From NCBI RefSeq assembly GCF_002113885.1, contig NW_018408770.1:308281-372280 (forward strand): DNA of 64,000 nt, in the 5' to 3' direction. The position numbers were made by a program, and so were the translations under genes. A model generated the notes under the pieces. That model saw nothing but the letters and a program-made list of their open reading frames with translations. It did no database searches and had not been told where the DNA came from. The stretch comes from Mizuhopecten yessoensis (lineage: Eukaryota). Below, piece after piece: positions 40,301-54,300 of the stretch (position 1 is its first letter; each line of letters starts with the position of its first letter).

Positions 40301-41946
40301 TTCAAATCCAAATATGAACAGAAATATCTGATTAGAGGTATATATTATAATACTTGAATTTCTTACTTGCGATGTAATGTGTAAATTCAAGAATGTGTTA
40401 TGTGTGAACTCAGACTCGTAACTGGCACTGTGTTGTCGTTCGACAGCGTAGTGCTGTACATGTTTATTTCTCACTGAAAGACCGGGATATTGCGCTATTT
40501 CAGTCGGTAGCTATTTTATCACCAGCTTTCTCAAAAGATGAAACTGACCACACTGGACGTTGGTGTCAGGTCAGGTCATTATCAACTACAAAAACGTTCG
40601 TTAGGAGATATATTTTCAGTATCGGCTCAATTTTCAGGTTGTGACTTTCCTAAATAGCCCCTTTAAGGGAATACAGATAACTGCAATATGAATTTTATCT
40701 ACGAACATGATATACTAGCTTTATTTATCAGATAAGTCGAAATAGGTTTCCTTGATTTGTCTCTGTGCAGGTGTTTCTTGTTAATGTGAACTTGTTCCAT
40801 CATGTATGACGTCAAATAAAAATGATGAAAGTTGATATTTTTATGATTTTATAATGATATAAATCTGCTTCATCTTGCAAATGTATTAAAATACACTAGT
40901 ATATAATACTAGTATATGTATTCAAAATAAGCTGTAGATGTCACCAAGCAAATACTGTATTTTTATTAACAAAGAATAAGACATCTGTTACTAGAAAAGA
41001 GGCAACATGTGTTTGACACATACTTGAATATAGATTTATTGAGAAACATCAACTTAGTGTTGTATGGTTTAGTAGTTATGCCCTTGATGAGACCATGCTC
41101 ATATTTATATACTGCAGGTTTATCCTTGTAAATTTATAAAATAGAAGTGGTAGAAAACACATGACGGGAATGCAAGAAAATACAAATTTCAATGGGTTCA
41201 GTTGGCTTTTTTGAACTTGAGTACATGTGCATCACTTGTTCCATTCATATTTCAATTTCTATAATATTGAAGCATTCTTTTTGAAGAACACAATAAAAAA
41301 GGCTTAATGATTGCAGTATATGAAGATATTTTAAATGTACGGTACCTCTCCAGCCTCTCATAGAAAAATATATACGAATATATACATAGCAAGACGCTTT
41401 CAAATTTCATTATCCTTCAATTAAAGAGCAGTGCAATTCGACATCTAGAGAATGTTTTTTCCTTCTTTTTTTTTAAATTTACAGTACACATGTTGGGTTT
41501 CAAGAACCCTTACATTATAACAGTTAATTATTTAATTATTGGTTAATCGACATTTATTTTATACAACTCCGGCAAACCGGCGTAATTTTAGCTGATTTTG
41601 ACGTCCTCCCAAAACTAGGCAAAATATCTTCGTTTAACGCGGATCATTATCTGTGCTAACCACTTTCAAACGGCCGCGAAAACAGCCAAGTTGTATGTAT
41701 AATGACCGGCATCGACAAATGAGGCTGTTTGACCAGCGGCACTGATCTGTGCCTGTGGGGTATCACTCCGGTTATCACTTTTTACAAAATCAATGGACTA
41801 CACATTTACAATATCGAAGACAAGCATTAACGCAAGTATAACAAAAAAATAAATTGGCTCATACCTCTGGCAAGTTCGTTTGAAAACACCAAGGAAATGT
41901 GGCATGTGAACAGCATCCACGCAAGCAAATTCATCTTGTCCGCCAT
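34350..41946 (-). CDS. TXNDC12: Thioredoxin domain-containing protein 12 (ERp18/ERp19), 164 aa, 7 exons
   Basis: Exons 41865-41946 (signal peptide ..NELARG), 39665-39725 (WGDGIAW), 38997-39049 (KPMMLIIHKSWCGACK), 38238-38311 (LKPK..FVMVN), 37909-37978 (DEEP..PDGGYIPRIFFL), 37421-37504 (YKYYY) and 34350-34420 (..ATNDEL*). Total 495 nt, with a CGAC active site and a KDEL-like NDEL. Confidence 0.95.
34494..36790. repeat. 36-bp minisatellite (about 63 copies) in TXNDC12 intron 6
   Basis: Unit AGAAACCCTAATTGAGCACCAGCGTTTATCATATAT, nearly identical copies. It explains the 745-aa SIYDKRWCSIRV ORF. Confidence 0.97.
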
Positions 41947-42307
41947 GGTGTTGTCGTCACTCGTGATGTCGCGTGCATCATTTCAAAAATTTGTATTTTA
42001 AATTAAATAAATGAAATAAACTATGTATTTTGAAACCATTATGTCAATTAAATACCAAAATTACGATATAAAGGAATATCTAACTGAAAATAATAATTCT
42101 GGTAATAAATTTCGTTTAAAAAACTTTTGAGGTTATCACAGTAAAACAGTAAATACATTTTAAGAAATACATTTTACCCTTGATCGTCTTCAAATAATTA
42201 TTTAACATTACATCAAGTCGTGTTATATACCTATTATGATTTATTTAAAAATTATATATTTTAAAATCCATATTTACTGCCGAACTTCAAACACATGGGT
42301 CAACATC
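41947..42307. promoter_or_regulatory. Bidirectional promoter of TXNDC12 and MTREX
   Basis: Divergent ATGs at 41946(-) and 42308(+), 361 bp apart, with an AT-rich core. Confidence 0.65.
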
Positions 42308-45300
42308 ATGGCAGACGCCTTTGGTGATGATCTTTTCAATGTGTTTGAAGAGAAAACAGAGGTAGCCGCGCCTGACAGTGACACTAAAGAGCCTGTCAAA
42401 GAAACCACAGATTCAAATACGACCGACGCTCAGAGGTAATGATAATATTCTGACCTCAGTTTCCTTCTTATTCGTTTGAAATTTTCAAAGAAATAACAGC
42501 GTCAGTTCAACAAAAAGTGAAACCACAGCCATACATTTTGTAATTGCCTCATCTGTATATGGATAAAACGGTTAAGATATTAATACAGATATAATATTTA
42601 TGAACATTATGTTAATAATTGTTCTAAATGTTTCCAAAAATCACCATAACTGACAAGACGGTGTTAATACTGTTATGTTTTCTTTCAAGATTGGCTCTAC
42701 CTGGGCATGGTAATTTTTGTCCATTCAGGCCCAATATTCCCTCAAAAGAGGGAGAGTTCCTTTTGAGGGATTATTCCAAGCATACGGCATAGTTAAAAGC
42801 AGCATGTTGATTTCAAATATGTTAATTCTGTGGCAGATTATAATTACCACTGTCCAAATCCAACCATCATCCCAGGTTTGGTTATCGTCTGGTATATCCG
42901 CACTGCCATTTTATCAAGCTGTACGTCGTACCTACATTACCTGCTTGATACTACACAAGGATATTTTAGACATTTGGTCATTGTCTGTGAACTAACATGA
43001 AAATTAGTAATTACCAGAAGTTTGACAGGAAATCTTTTGAATTATAAAAACTCATATAGAATCATAAATAGATGTGCAATTTTGCTTTATTCACTTTTTA
43101 TCGTACTCAAAAAGAACCTATCTCTAAAAAAACTGATATATTTCATTCCTGACCCAGTCTTTTATGAAGTCTATTGAATGTACGAGAGCAAGTTAACCCG
43201 ACAAGGTTTTTAGGTACACTCAAATGTCATGCTGGCTGTTCATAGGACACTGCTCCCTTTTAGCCTAGGATCTGCTTTAGTCATGATCCCACTTGTCTGC
43301 AAATCCAACCTGCATCTAAGATGTTGCCCTATCTAAGTTAGGATGTTGCCCCAAATCATGCAACACAAGTTTTAGTATCGTATGCAAATGAAGTCACACC
43401 TTATCGCCACTGACAAGGTGCGAAGGCAACATTCTTATATGATACTGAATACAGTGGGGTGGAGATCCAACGTCCAGTCAACAGTAGTTTCCATAAAGAT
43501 CAGTGAAATTCAGCATATCCCAGTTGATGGATTCTTTAAAATAGGATTCACAAGTCCGGCCATAGAAGTATTTTATCAATAATGAGAAGAGATGACCATG
43601 GGATGTCAGCAAGTTTAATCCAGTGTTTACATGTCATCAGAACAACGTACAATTTTTAAAACATCCGGTGCCCTGCTTAGATTCAACCAATAACAACTTG
43701 TTGTATTGACAACTTGTCTCGAAATAACAAGAAAAGCATTTTTCGTGCTAGCCACCATGGAGAATTTCTTTCTATTGTATTGGTGTTGTTTTTCTTTGAA
43801 CTCTGAATCAAATTCAAGGCACGGAAACCTGATCGATGGCTACTTCTGGCAGGTGAAATTTGTTGACAAATGTTTGTTGGTATTTAAAAAAAAAGAAGGT
43901 TTTAATTGGTCATTTTGCTTCCATTATTTGATTGTACACATGTTTTATGTTTTTCACAGTCCTCAGTAATTTCAACTGTTTTCTGTTGATATGAGTATGA
44001 AGTCAATGTTGCTTCTTAAGGGTGCAATAACACATGACACGAGGATATACCCTTGCCAAGCATTCACCCATTAGTATTGGTACTTGAAACAAGGGTTGGT
44101 CACAGGCAACACTATAACTGGAGAAGAGAAAAATGCACAGCCAGAAAGGGATTCAATCCATGGACCCCCTGAACTCTTAGACAGATTATCTACCAATTGA
44201 GCTGGGTACCTGGTTGCCATCGATAGACCCAAGTCCAGTTTTCCTGCCCCCAATTGCATGATCGTAAGAGGCGACTAAATTTGGGACCTTATCTCTTCTC
44301 TCCTTTCTAAATAACTTTCCTCTTCCTAATGTCTCCCTTGACAATGCCTCACTTTGGGCCATTTGTTGAGCGTTCGCCCATGTGAGGAAGGCTTTGGGTT
44401 CTGTCCCCTGGCCGAGACATACCCAAGTCTTTAAAAATGGTAGTTTCTACTCCTGCTTAACGCTCAGCAAATTAGGAGTGGGACAACTGGTTCACCCGTT
44501 TTCAGTATAATGTGACCGGGTGGGGCGTCCTGCTGGGTGTCTTCGGCAGTATGTTTCAGTGAGGTAGCACTATAGCACTATATAGGCATCAGTTACGCGC
44601 TATCACAAGGAGACAAACACGAACATATCGCAGCCTCCCAAAATACACACACATTCACTACACGCATGCATCCTGCACACAGGGGAGGCCGTCCTTAAAT
44701 GACCTTAGCTGTTAATAGGACTTAAACAAAATCAAACAAACAAACAAACCAACAAAAGTCCAGTTCTACTACACATAGGCCAGTAATACAGTTGCTTTCA
44801 TAACTTTGCATTAGAGAGAATTTCCTTTTAACTCGATTGGTAGAGTGGTAAACTGGTAAGCTGGGGGTTGCTAGGGTTCGATATGCAGTGAAAGCATATA
44901 ACTCCCTTCCTGTCTCAAATGATTTGATGGCTGTCCTTGTGTTGAGAGCTAGAATCTAGGTTTTGGTGTTTGAGGACACAATGCATTTAAAATAAGGGGA
45001 GTAGTGCAGCAGGTTTTTATTGTAAATAAGATGATGGTCACATTCTAGCTTCAGTGTAGTGGAAACTTTACAAGTCAGGTGGAAAAGCAGCAGACAGGAA
45101 AGCTAGGGGGTGTTTGTTTGGAGCACACTAGTATCTTCCTACTGCAATACAAGTAATCAAAGTAAAAATGCCTTCACAGTGGAATTTAGGTTGTAACTGT
45201 TTTATAACAACTTTTGCTGTGACACATACTCATGAAGAGTAGGTTTAGATACATTGACTCTTGTCAAGACTCAACTAATTATATTGGTTGATAAACTTGA

Positions 45301-48300
45301 CACTCACCATTTTGTCAAATGGTGGTCTGGATGTTTCTTGTTATACTTAAACTCTGAACAGATGACTGAAAATTAATTCCATTAGGAATTATCTCCAACC
45401 CACCATAGTCCCTAAGCAGGGCCTCTTTAGGGATTAAACCCTCTAAGTATCTTGGGGTTCTTTCCAGCATAGTAGTTAGTACTTCTCAGATATGATTTTA
45501 GTCAAATGTATGAGTTTCCTGTCTCAATGACTTAGTGTTATCATAACATATCTCTTATTGTCTCCATCAGAATGACGATATAGACTGTTTCTAGCATTGT
45601 TCTGAATTTGCCTCTGCCAGGATGTTTTTATTGACGGAAATATTCAAATTTGTTCATGAACACTGAAGATCTCAACATTGATATAATCTGTTCAATTATA
45701 CATAGATCTCTCTTACTATCATGCAAAAGACAAATATGTAATGAAAGAAACATGACTTTGTATCCCTTTTATAGAACTGATGATCTACTAAAGAGCATTG
45801 TGGGTAAAAGATCGGCAGAAAACAACGACGATAATGAAGACAATCCGACAAAGAAAGCCAAGGCCATTCCACAAGACTTGGGGTAAATATCACATCATGA
45901 TTGTAATGCCGGTCATTTGACAACATCAGTTCATGTACTTGGTAAATTTAACAGACTGAATGCTACCATACTACAGTCAAACTTTGTTATTATGAATGCA
46001 GATATATCTCAGATACACAATTTATTTTTAAATTAGTAATAATTTGAAGTTATACATTTTTTTGTTCAAATCTTTGATTAAAAACAAAACTTTTTAATAC
46101 ATGCATAGCAAAACGGTGCAATAAATAACACCCTTGTTATAAGTTCATTCACTATTTCATTTATTTACCGTCTCCCAGAGTGTCGGAGTAGACTGGTTAA
46201 TCTTCAATATGCTTTGTCCCACAGGGTTGGAATTTCTAATATACTGTCACACAGCGTCCGAGGAGACAAGTTGATATAATATGTTGTCTTACAGGTGTCA
46301 GGTTGTTTCGGTAACAAGTCGTTTCAGGACTTTTCTTGGGTCGTTTGGGACATGTCAAAAGTCGTTTTGGGATTATTATTTTTTTAAGTTTAAACAATCG
46401 ATTGGATAAAAGTTATTACAACTTATCATAGCATTTTTCCGTCATACAATATATACATTTACCATTATATGATTTTTATAAAACATGAATAAATATATAT
46501 AATATTCACACAGACACATATACACAACATAAAAACATCGTTCAAAATATATTGCTGGATTTAATGAATTGATGCACATGTCTAAAATATATTCTACGTG
46601 TTTCATGTTTTTACTTTCGTGAAATTTGATTTCAATATAGCAATAATAAAATGCTTAAAACAATTTTAGACACAATGTTAACTTATTCGTCTCTTAATGT
46701 CAATAATGGAGAATATAGTGAATTGAAAACATATAACACGTATTACAATATCAAATATCAACCTATTAATAACGAAAGAAATTGAATGTTGAATTTCATA
46801 AGTTCCTCTAGATCTGTATTTAATAATGAGATTAGTTTCACCAGGTAACAACACACTGTCAATCGGGTAAATGTTGGTACATGTAGGTATCCCCTCAAGC
46901 ACTAGCAATCTGTTAACATTAATGACCCTAAGCATGGGTAAGTTGTGACACAGGTCATAGTCTGAAACCATACTTGTGTATTTACAGGACTTTTTATGAA
47001 ATGGAAGCGAAATGTAATTTATAAATGAAAATTGTAGATGTCCCGAAACGACTTGATTAAGTCCCGAAACATCTTGTGTCATGTCCCAAAACGACTTTGG
47101 GACTCGCGAAACAACTTCGGGACCCCCCAAACGACTTGTTACCGAAACGACTAGCATTTGTCTTACATGGATGTTAGATTAGACAGGTGTCGCTGTAATG
47201 TGTTCCTTAGATTTTTGAAACTGACCTAACACGATCAAAGATAAATACAACCAAACCAAGAAAGTGATACCATCAAATAGATGATTCTCCTTTTCAAATT
47301 GACAATCATGTTGTAAATCTTTGTATATTACAGGCAGACAGATGTTATGCCCAGGATTCAAGTCCATAAAGTAGACACTGTGGAAGCCTGTCAACATGAG
47401 GTGAGGTCAAACTCGTTGGTTTGAGACGTCAACTGACTATTGGTCAGTTTTGTCCTTGTTAAAATGTTATCGTAAAAGTGACCAAATGTGTAATGCACAG
47501 AAAATATTGTAAATAGAAGTGTCACAATACAGGAAAATCAGATCACTATTTACATTTGCTTTGTAAGAAAATAAAAGAAACCCTTTGTCCAAGTACCGTA
47601 TGTGACCTTCGCTGATGGATGGTTGCTGGTCCATTTTTTTAATACAAACATTGTTTCAATGTATACTCTATAAATGTAGATCTATAAGTAAATATCTGTT
47701 TAAGGTTTTAATTCTGTTGTTAGGTTGCCATACCACCAGAAGCGGAGTTTGCTCCCCTGAAGGCTGTATCAGCCAAACCTGCCAAGGAGTATCCTTTTAT
47801 CTTGGATCCGTTCCAAAAGGAGGCTCTGCTATGCCTGGAAAACAACCAATCAGTGCTGGTGTCTGCACATACGTCTGCTGGCAAGACTGTTGTCGCTGTG
47901 TGAGTACTCCACTTGAAAAAAATTGACCTGGAATTATCTTGTGAGCACTCCCTGAATAAGTTTTGTAATAAAAGGGCATATATTTTATGCAATATTGATT
48001 AAATTCTTTGCAATATTCATGTTTTGTTTAATTAATGTATTAAATAGGCAAACAGTAAAATTTGCTATCTTTCTGGTCCAGAAAAATATGGTCCAAGTAC
48101 AATGTGTTGTATCACCAATTTAAACAACTTTCAAGACTGAGTTCATAAGGAAAACATTCAAGAGGATAAAGAGTTCGGACAAAGTTGTCTAAGTTAGGAC
48201 TTCCTGTTAACTAGGTTCTAATATCTATGATTTGTGCTTTACAAGTTTATGTATCTTTAAGCTCTGTACTTGTTCTTGAACTCCAATTAAGTTGCCATGT

Positions 48301-51300
48301 CTTTTCATTCACATTAAAATTTATTCAATTTATTCATTTATTTTAAAATTTATATATATATGGACCTAGCCTTACAAGATATGTTTCCCAGATGTATTTC
48401 TAAAAGGATAATAAAATTAAAAAGAAAGAAAAAAATATGACTGACTTTAAAATACGATGTTACATAATGTTTTAGGTACGCCATAGCCATGTCACTGCGG
48501 GACAAACAACGTGTGATCTACACCACTCCCATCAAGGCCCTCAGTAACCAGAAATACCGGGAGCTGTTTGAGGAGTTTCAGGATGTGGGGCTCATGACTG
48601 GTGATGTCACAATTAATCCCACTGCTAGCTGTCTCGTCATGACAACAGAGGTAAAACTATGTCACAATCAGCCCATCATCGAAATGTCTTGTCGTGACAA
48701 CAGGTATCCTCACACAAGGAACTGTGGGATACAAGTTCAGGGAAATGTCATCTTTCTCAAACATTTCCCTCTCCTGGTACACAAAGTGCCTATTAGCTTA
48801 TGCCAAGGTGTGGTATCCGTAGTCTGTGTCTAGTTGTTTTCTTGCTATAAAATTGACATACATTCAAGGCCATATGGGTCAGACTTAAACATGTTAAATA
48901 ATTTGGCTTGTAGAAAGTGAAAAAATACTCCAAATAAATTACCTTGACTCACATTCCTTGTTACATGAATCAAATGTGATTTCGACAAACTTCTATTAAA
49001 GACAAGTTTATGGTTCAAATGAATGACACGTTTATTGTTCAAAAGAATGTAAAGTTAAAGTATAACTAGTATAATCTGATAATTTGCTGATATTAGTGTT
49101 TCAGCTTAAAATATATCTATTTCATTATTATTTAAAAATGGATAAACAATACAGACACCGTAGACCTCTTATTTAATATTTCTTGAGATTTATTAAAGAT
49201 GTGCTGTGACTTGAGTGTGTGTCATTGTGTACTTATGTTGATTCCTGCCTGGTTACTCTACAGATTCTACGGAGTATGTTGTACAGAGGTTCAGAGATCA
49301 TGAGGGAAGTTGGCTGGGTCGTATTTGATGAAATTCATTATATGCGTGATAAAGGTAAGTTGTGATAAATACCCTTCTCTGATGCTGTGTTGTAAATCCT
49401 ACATATATAAATATAACAATGATAAATATAAGTGAAAGATAACAATGATAAATGTAAGTGAAAGATAACAATGATAGATATAAGTGAAAGCAACTGAATA
49501 CAGATTTTAATTGTGAGGATGGTTACATTGGAAAGGACTGAGGTAGTAAAAAGACTGGAGCAATTATTTTCAAATTTCTAAGAATTCCAATGTATATTAT
49601 TTTTTTGAATATAGTATTGTGGAGATACTGGGAGTGAACAATTTCACTTGCACTTATTTGGGGTGAAATGCCATTCATCCCCATTCCCTTCTTTGTTCCT
49701 AACATTTACTGGTATACCAGTAAGTACAAACAATAACATTTTGTGTAGATTTATAGTACTGACACTGTATTATATTTGATATACCTGGTATTCCCTGATG
49801 TTTTACCAGAGAGGGGTGTGGTCTGGGAGGAGACGATCATCCTACTTCCTGATAACGTCCATTATGTGTTCCTGTCAGCTACTATCCCTAACGCTCGCCA
49901 GTTTGCTGAGTGGATCTGTCATCTGCACAAACAGGTAACTTTGCCCACTCTGACATACTACTGGTATGTCATAAGCCATCAGCGGGCACCAGACAGTAGA
50001 TATAATGTTTTTGGCTCACTTGTCATAGGCACTTTGGTGATGGAGCTGTATCTGGTATCCATCCATTGTCAACCTATCTCTTAACAACTGTAGGAACCTG
50101 TCTGTATACCCATTAGACCATGTTTTTTAGAGCTCGCATGATTGCTCATTTGAGCTATTGCCCTCTGTCTTCGTTCTTCGTCGTGCACTAACAATTGAAC
50201 ATCAGTGTTCCCATTCACGCTGAAATGTGCGTCATTCATGCATGTTCTAAATAAATCCCGTACAAATTTGACTACCTTAGGTGACATGCACACGTCGAAA
50301 TTTGTGTGTCTCGCATTCCAAATATTCTCAAAATATTCTTATGTTCCACCTCTACAAAATGTTATTTACAAAAGAAGAGAAACTAATCGAAGTCAAATAT
50401 GAAAGTTGTGGGGTTTGCCCAATTTTCTCAGCAGGTAGTCTCGCTCATCAAAACGCTTTAATATGTAAATTGTTAGGGCCCACTTGCCTGGATGGTAAAG
50501 TGCTTTGACGACTCAGAAGAATACACAAACAAATTGCCGAAGCAAACGACGCAGCAATTTTTTCACTTCCCGAGACATTTTCGACTTCTCCTTAAGAATG
50601 TTTCAAGCTATTGACTCCAAACTTGGTACAATTGTTTCATATGAGGTCCAGAACAAGTGTTCTTACTTTCGGTGCCGATAAAAAAATTCAAGTTGGACAT
50701 CCTGGCCTCTGATTGGCCGAGACATTTTTGGACTTCTTCTCTCAGGAATGACTGCATCGAATGACTCTGTGTATATTAGATAATTACAAATCTTGTGCTT
50801 TATACTCAATGGTGTGCCATTCGAGATGTGGAGATGTATATAATAGTAATACATTATATGAAATTTAATTCAGTTCTCAACTTTTTTGAACTCTTGTGAG
50901 TATTAAGGCCCTTTGGCCTCTTGTTAGACTATACTGAGCACATTTGGAGGAATCACATTGAATATTTTTCTCTTTCATTACAATTTTTTTTTCTAAAGAG
51001 TGTTAGCTTGTGTTTAGAATTCACGTATCTTAGATAAATGAAACCAAAGCCAAGAAAGTATCTGAAGTATGAAGTATAATCCAATGTCTGAGCTTGCCAT
51101 TTTGTCTCATTACAGCCCTGTCATGTGGTGTATACAGAATACAGACCTACCCCACTACAACACTACATTTTTCCATCTGGAGGTGACGGCATACATCTTG
51201 TTGTGGATGAAAATGTAAGTATGCAATGGAAATAACTTTATGTTATTCTCAAAATTGTGGTATAGTCGAAGCTGTATAGGATCAGACTCGAGACTTATGT

Positions 51301-54300
51301 TTTTGTAATACTTGTGTGAGTCTGTTATACATACTGCAGAACTATGGATGTTAACTTTAACTAAAAACCTAACTTAAACAATAACTTGAAATAAATATCA
51401 CACCAAAAAGTAATAACGCAATGCATTTAGTCATTGTATACTTGTATATCATAAAACCTCTGTGAACTATTTGTTTGTAGGGTGAATTTCGAGAAGAGAA
51501 CTTTAACACAGCCATGTCTGTGTTACGTGACTCAGGTGATGCGTCCAAGGGGGATAAATGGGGACGACGAGGTGGAGCAAAAGGTGTGTACAGCGAAATG
51601 AGAATTGTGGTCTTTGGGAAATATGCTGATTATGATGAATCATATGATAGAAGTTTTAAAAATATGAAACCCTATAAATCCTTCAAAAATTATTTTCCGA
51701 TTACAATGCAGATTATTTATATTTTATAAACCTAGTCCTAAAGATCTAGTGAGCTAATTATTGTGGTATGGTATAGTGCCTGTATTAATGCGACATTAGT
51801 CAACAACTTTTTATTTTAAAGTCTAAAACAACATGTGGTCGAAAAAGGCTGGAAAATAAAAGTAATATTATACAACATTTATATAGCGCCCTATATAATT
51901 TGTAAAATTACTCTAAAGGGCTTTACAACATATGGATAATAGTATTAGTTATAATTGTGAAACAAAAACAAAGGCTTACAATCACTTTTATACATTAATC
52001 AAGCAGATAATCAAAGACATTTCAAAGATATTAAACTTGGTGCATCCTTTAAGCAAGGGGATTCTGTGTTGTAAAAGTGAAATAGATTTCGAAAAGTTTT
52101 TCCATGTGTATGTCTGAAGAGATTTTCACCAAATTTGGTGTGAATCATTGTAAAGCTAAGAAGTTTGAATGTTGTATATAAATAAAGGGTATGGAGGTAG
52201 AGGGGATGGGCCCATTAAGAGGAAAGTGGGGCAAATTATTGAATTGCTTCTCCTTTGGTATTATTAGAAATTATAACTTTATAACTTCAATATTTCATAA
52301 GATACAAATATCTTTATTTTCAGGCAACGAATCAAACTGCTTTAAGATTGTGAAGATGATAATGGAGAGGAGCTTTGCCCCTGTGATTGTGTTTAGTTTC
52401 AGTAAAAAAGATTGTGAGGCCTATGCCATGCAGATGGCAAAGCTAGACTTCAATACAGGTAAGCTCTGTGTGTTAAAACAGAATTATACATATGTTGTTA
52501 GGTGGAAGGAAACTTAAAGGAGGATTATTAAACTATCCTTCCTAAGTTATAGAAGGAGTATCAATTGATTAAAAAATGTATTGAGTTGAAGAACTCTTCA
52601 TATATCATTTGTTTGATGTTAATGCTAATATTAAATCTAACAAGTGTTACATATATTGTTGGTAAGTGGTAATTTCTTTTGCTATTTTATGTTTAAAATT
52701 GAATAAAAAGAATCCTGACTGGCTGTTACACTTTAGGGAATTAAATTTCTTTTTATACATCTGTTGTTCAACTTTAATTGTGAAAAAACTGTTTACATGG
52801 TGATTAAATATCTTGATGATGTTTCAGAGGAAGAAAAAACGTTAGTAGAAGAGGTCTTCAACAATGCGATAGACAACTTGTCTGACGATGACAAAAAATT
52901 ACCACAGGTACGTTGTTGACTATTTTCATAGCTGATTAAAATTGCTTTGAATATTGACTGTAAATTGGTTCATTAAAATTGTTTTAGTGGATAATTTTTG
53001 AATGCCCGAGTTAAAAGGTCATTTAATACTAGTGAAATGAAAAATTTAAATCAATAAATCATGAAAATGTAAAATATAAGAGATTAAATATGACATCATT
53101 GTTGATTTGTGTTTTTATGGTTTCATTCATGAGTTTTCTCCCCTTTGTCACTTTTAGGTGGAACATGTGCTGCCACTACTGAGGAAAGGTGTGGGCATCC
53201 ATCACTCTGGTCTACTGCCCCTGCTCAAGGAAACCATAGAGATCCTCTTCTCAGAAGGACTCATTAAGGTACCGGTTGTCTATGTGTGTTGTGGCATGTT
53301 TCGTTTTTGTTACAGGAAATTATTTTTTTAGTATATATGTTAATGGAAGAAATTAGAAATGTTATGAAAGGGGTATAATACTGGATCTGTTTTGATACAG
53401 GGGCGGGGGTATCATGCAGGTTTTTGGGATGTGAAATATTGAAAGGACTGGTATGAGTACAAGATTTGAAGGTACAGATTCCATCTCTGGTATCTGGAGA
53501 AAAGTTGTCGGAATTCTAAACAGGGTCTAAAATAGTTGTATAGATATTGTTAATTTTGCAGCAGGTTTTGGTAAAATTATTGCTTATCTACTTCTTGATT
53601 TGTGTTATGATTTTATGTGAACTAAATAAAAATGAAAAAAATAGTAAGAGAGACCTTCGGTAAGTTGCCGAGTTAAATCAAAATCTCATAACAGCTACAA
53701 GATAAAAGTCTATGAGCTGTGGCAATGTAATAAACAAAATGTGTTCAATAAAATAGTTATCTTACTATTTCAGGCACTCTTTGCTACAGAGACGTTTGCT
53801 ATGGGGCTCAACATGCCAGCCAGGACGGTACTGTTCACTAGTGCAAGGAAATTTGATGGGAAAGATTTCCGATGGGTGTGTATCATGCTGATCAGTTGTT
53901 GAGTAGATATACTATAAACAATAAAACATAATTAACAGGAACATAAAGATCTAAAATATTCTCATGCTTGATACTGTTGGAGCCTCCTTATTGAAAATGA
54001 GGGACAGTTACATAATACATGGCTTTAACTGTTGATTCATATGATTTGAAAGAAACATCAACACTTTTATTTCTGACAGGAAGGAAAAGATTGTGTAAAA
54101 CAGTGCAAAAGTAATAAGTAACTTTCTGTGGTAGGTAACTTCGGGAGAGTACATCCAGATGAGTGGTCGTGCTGGACGAAGAGGCATTGATGACCGTGGA
54201 ATTGTCATTCTGATGGTTGACGAAAAGATGAGTCCTCAAGCAGGGAAAACTATTGTTAAGGTAACTGTTCACTCGCTTGCCTGTTTGCTGCCCAGGAGGG

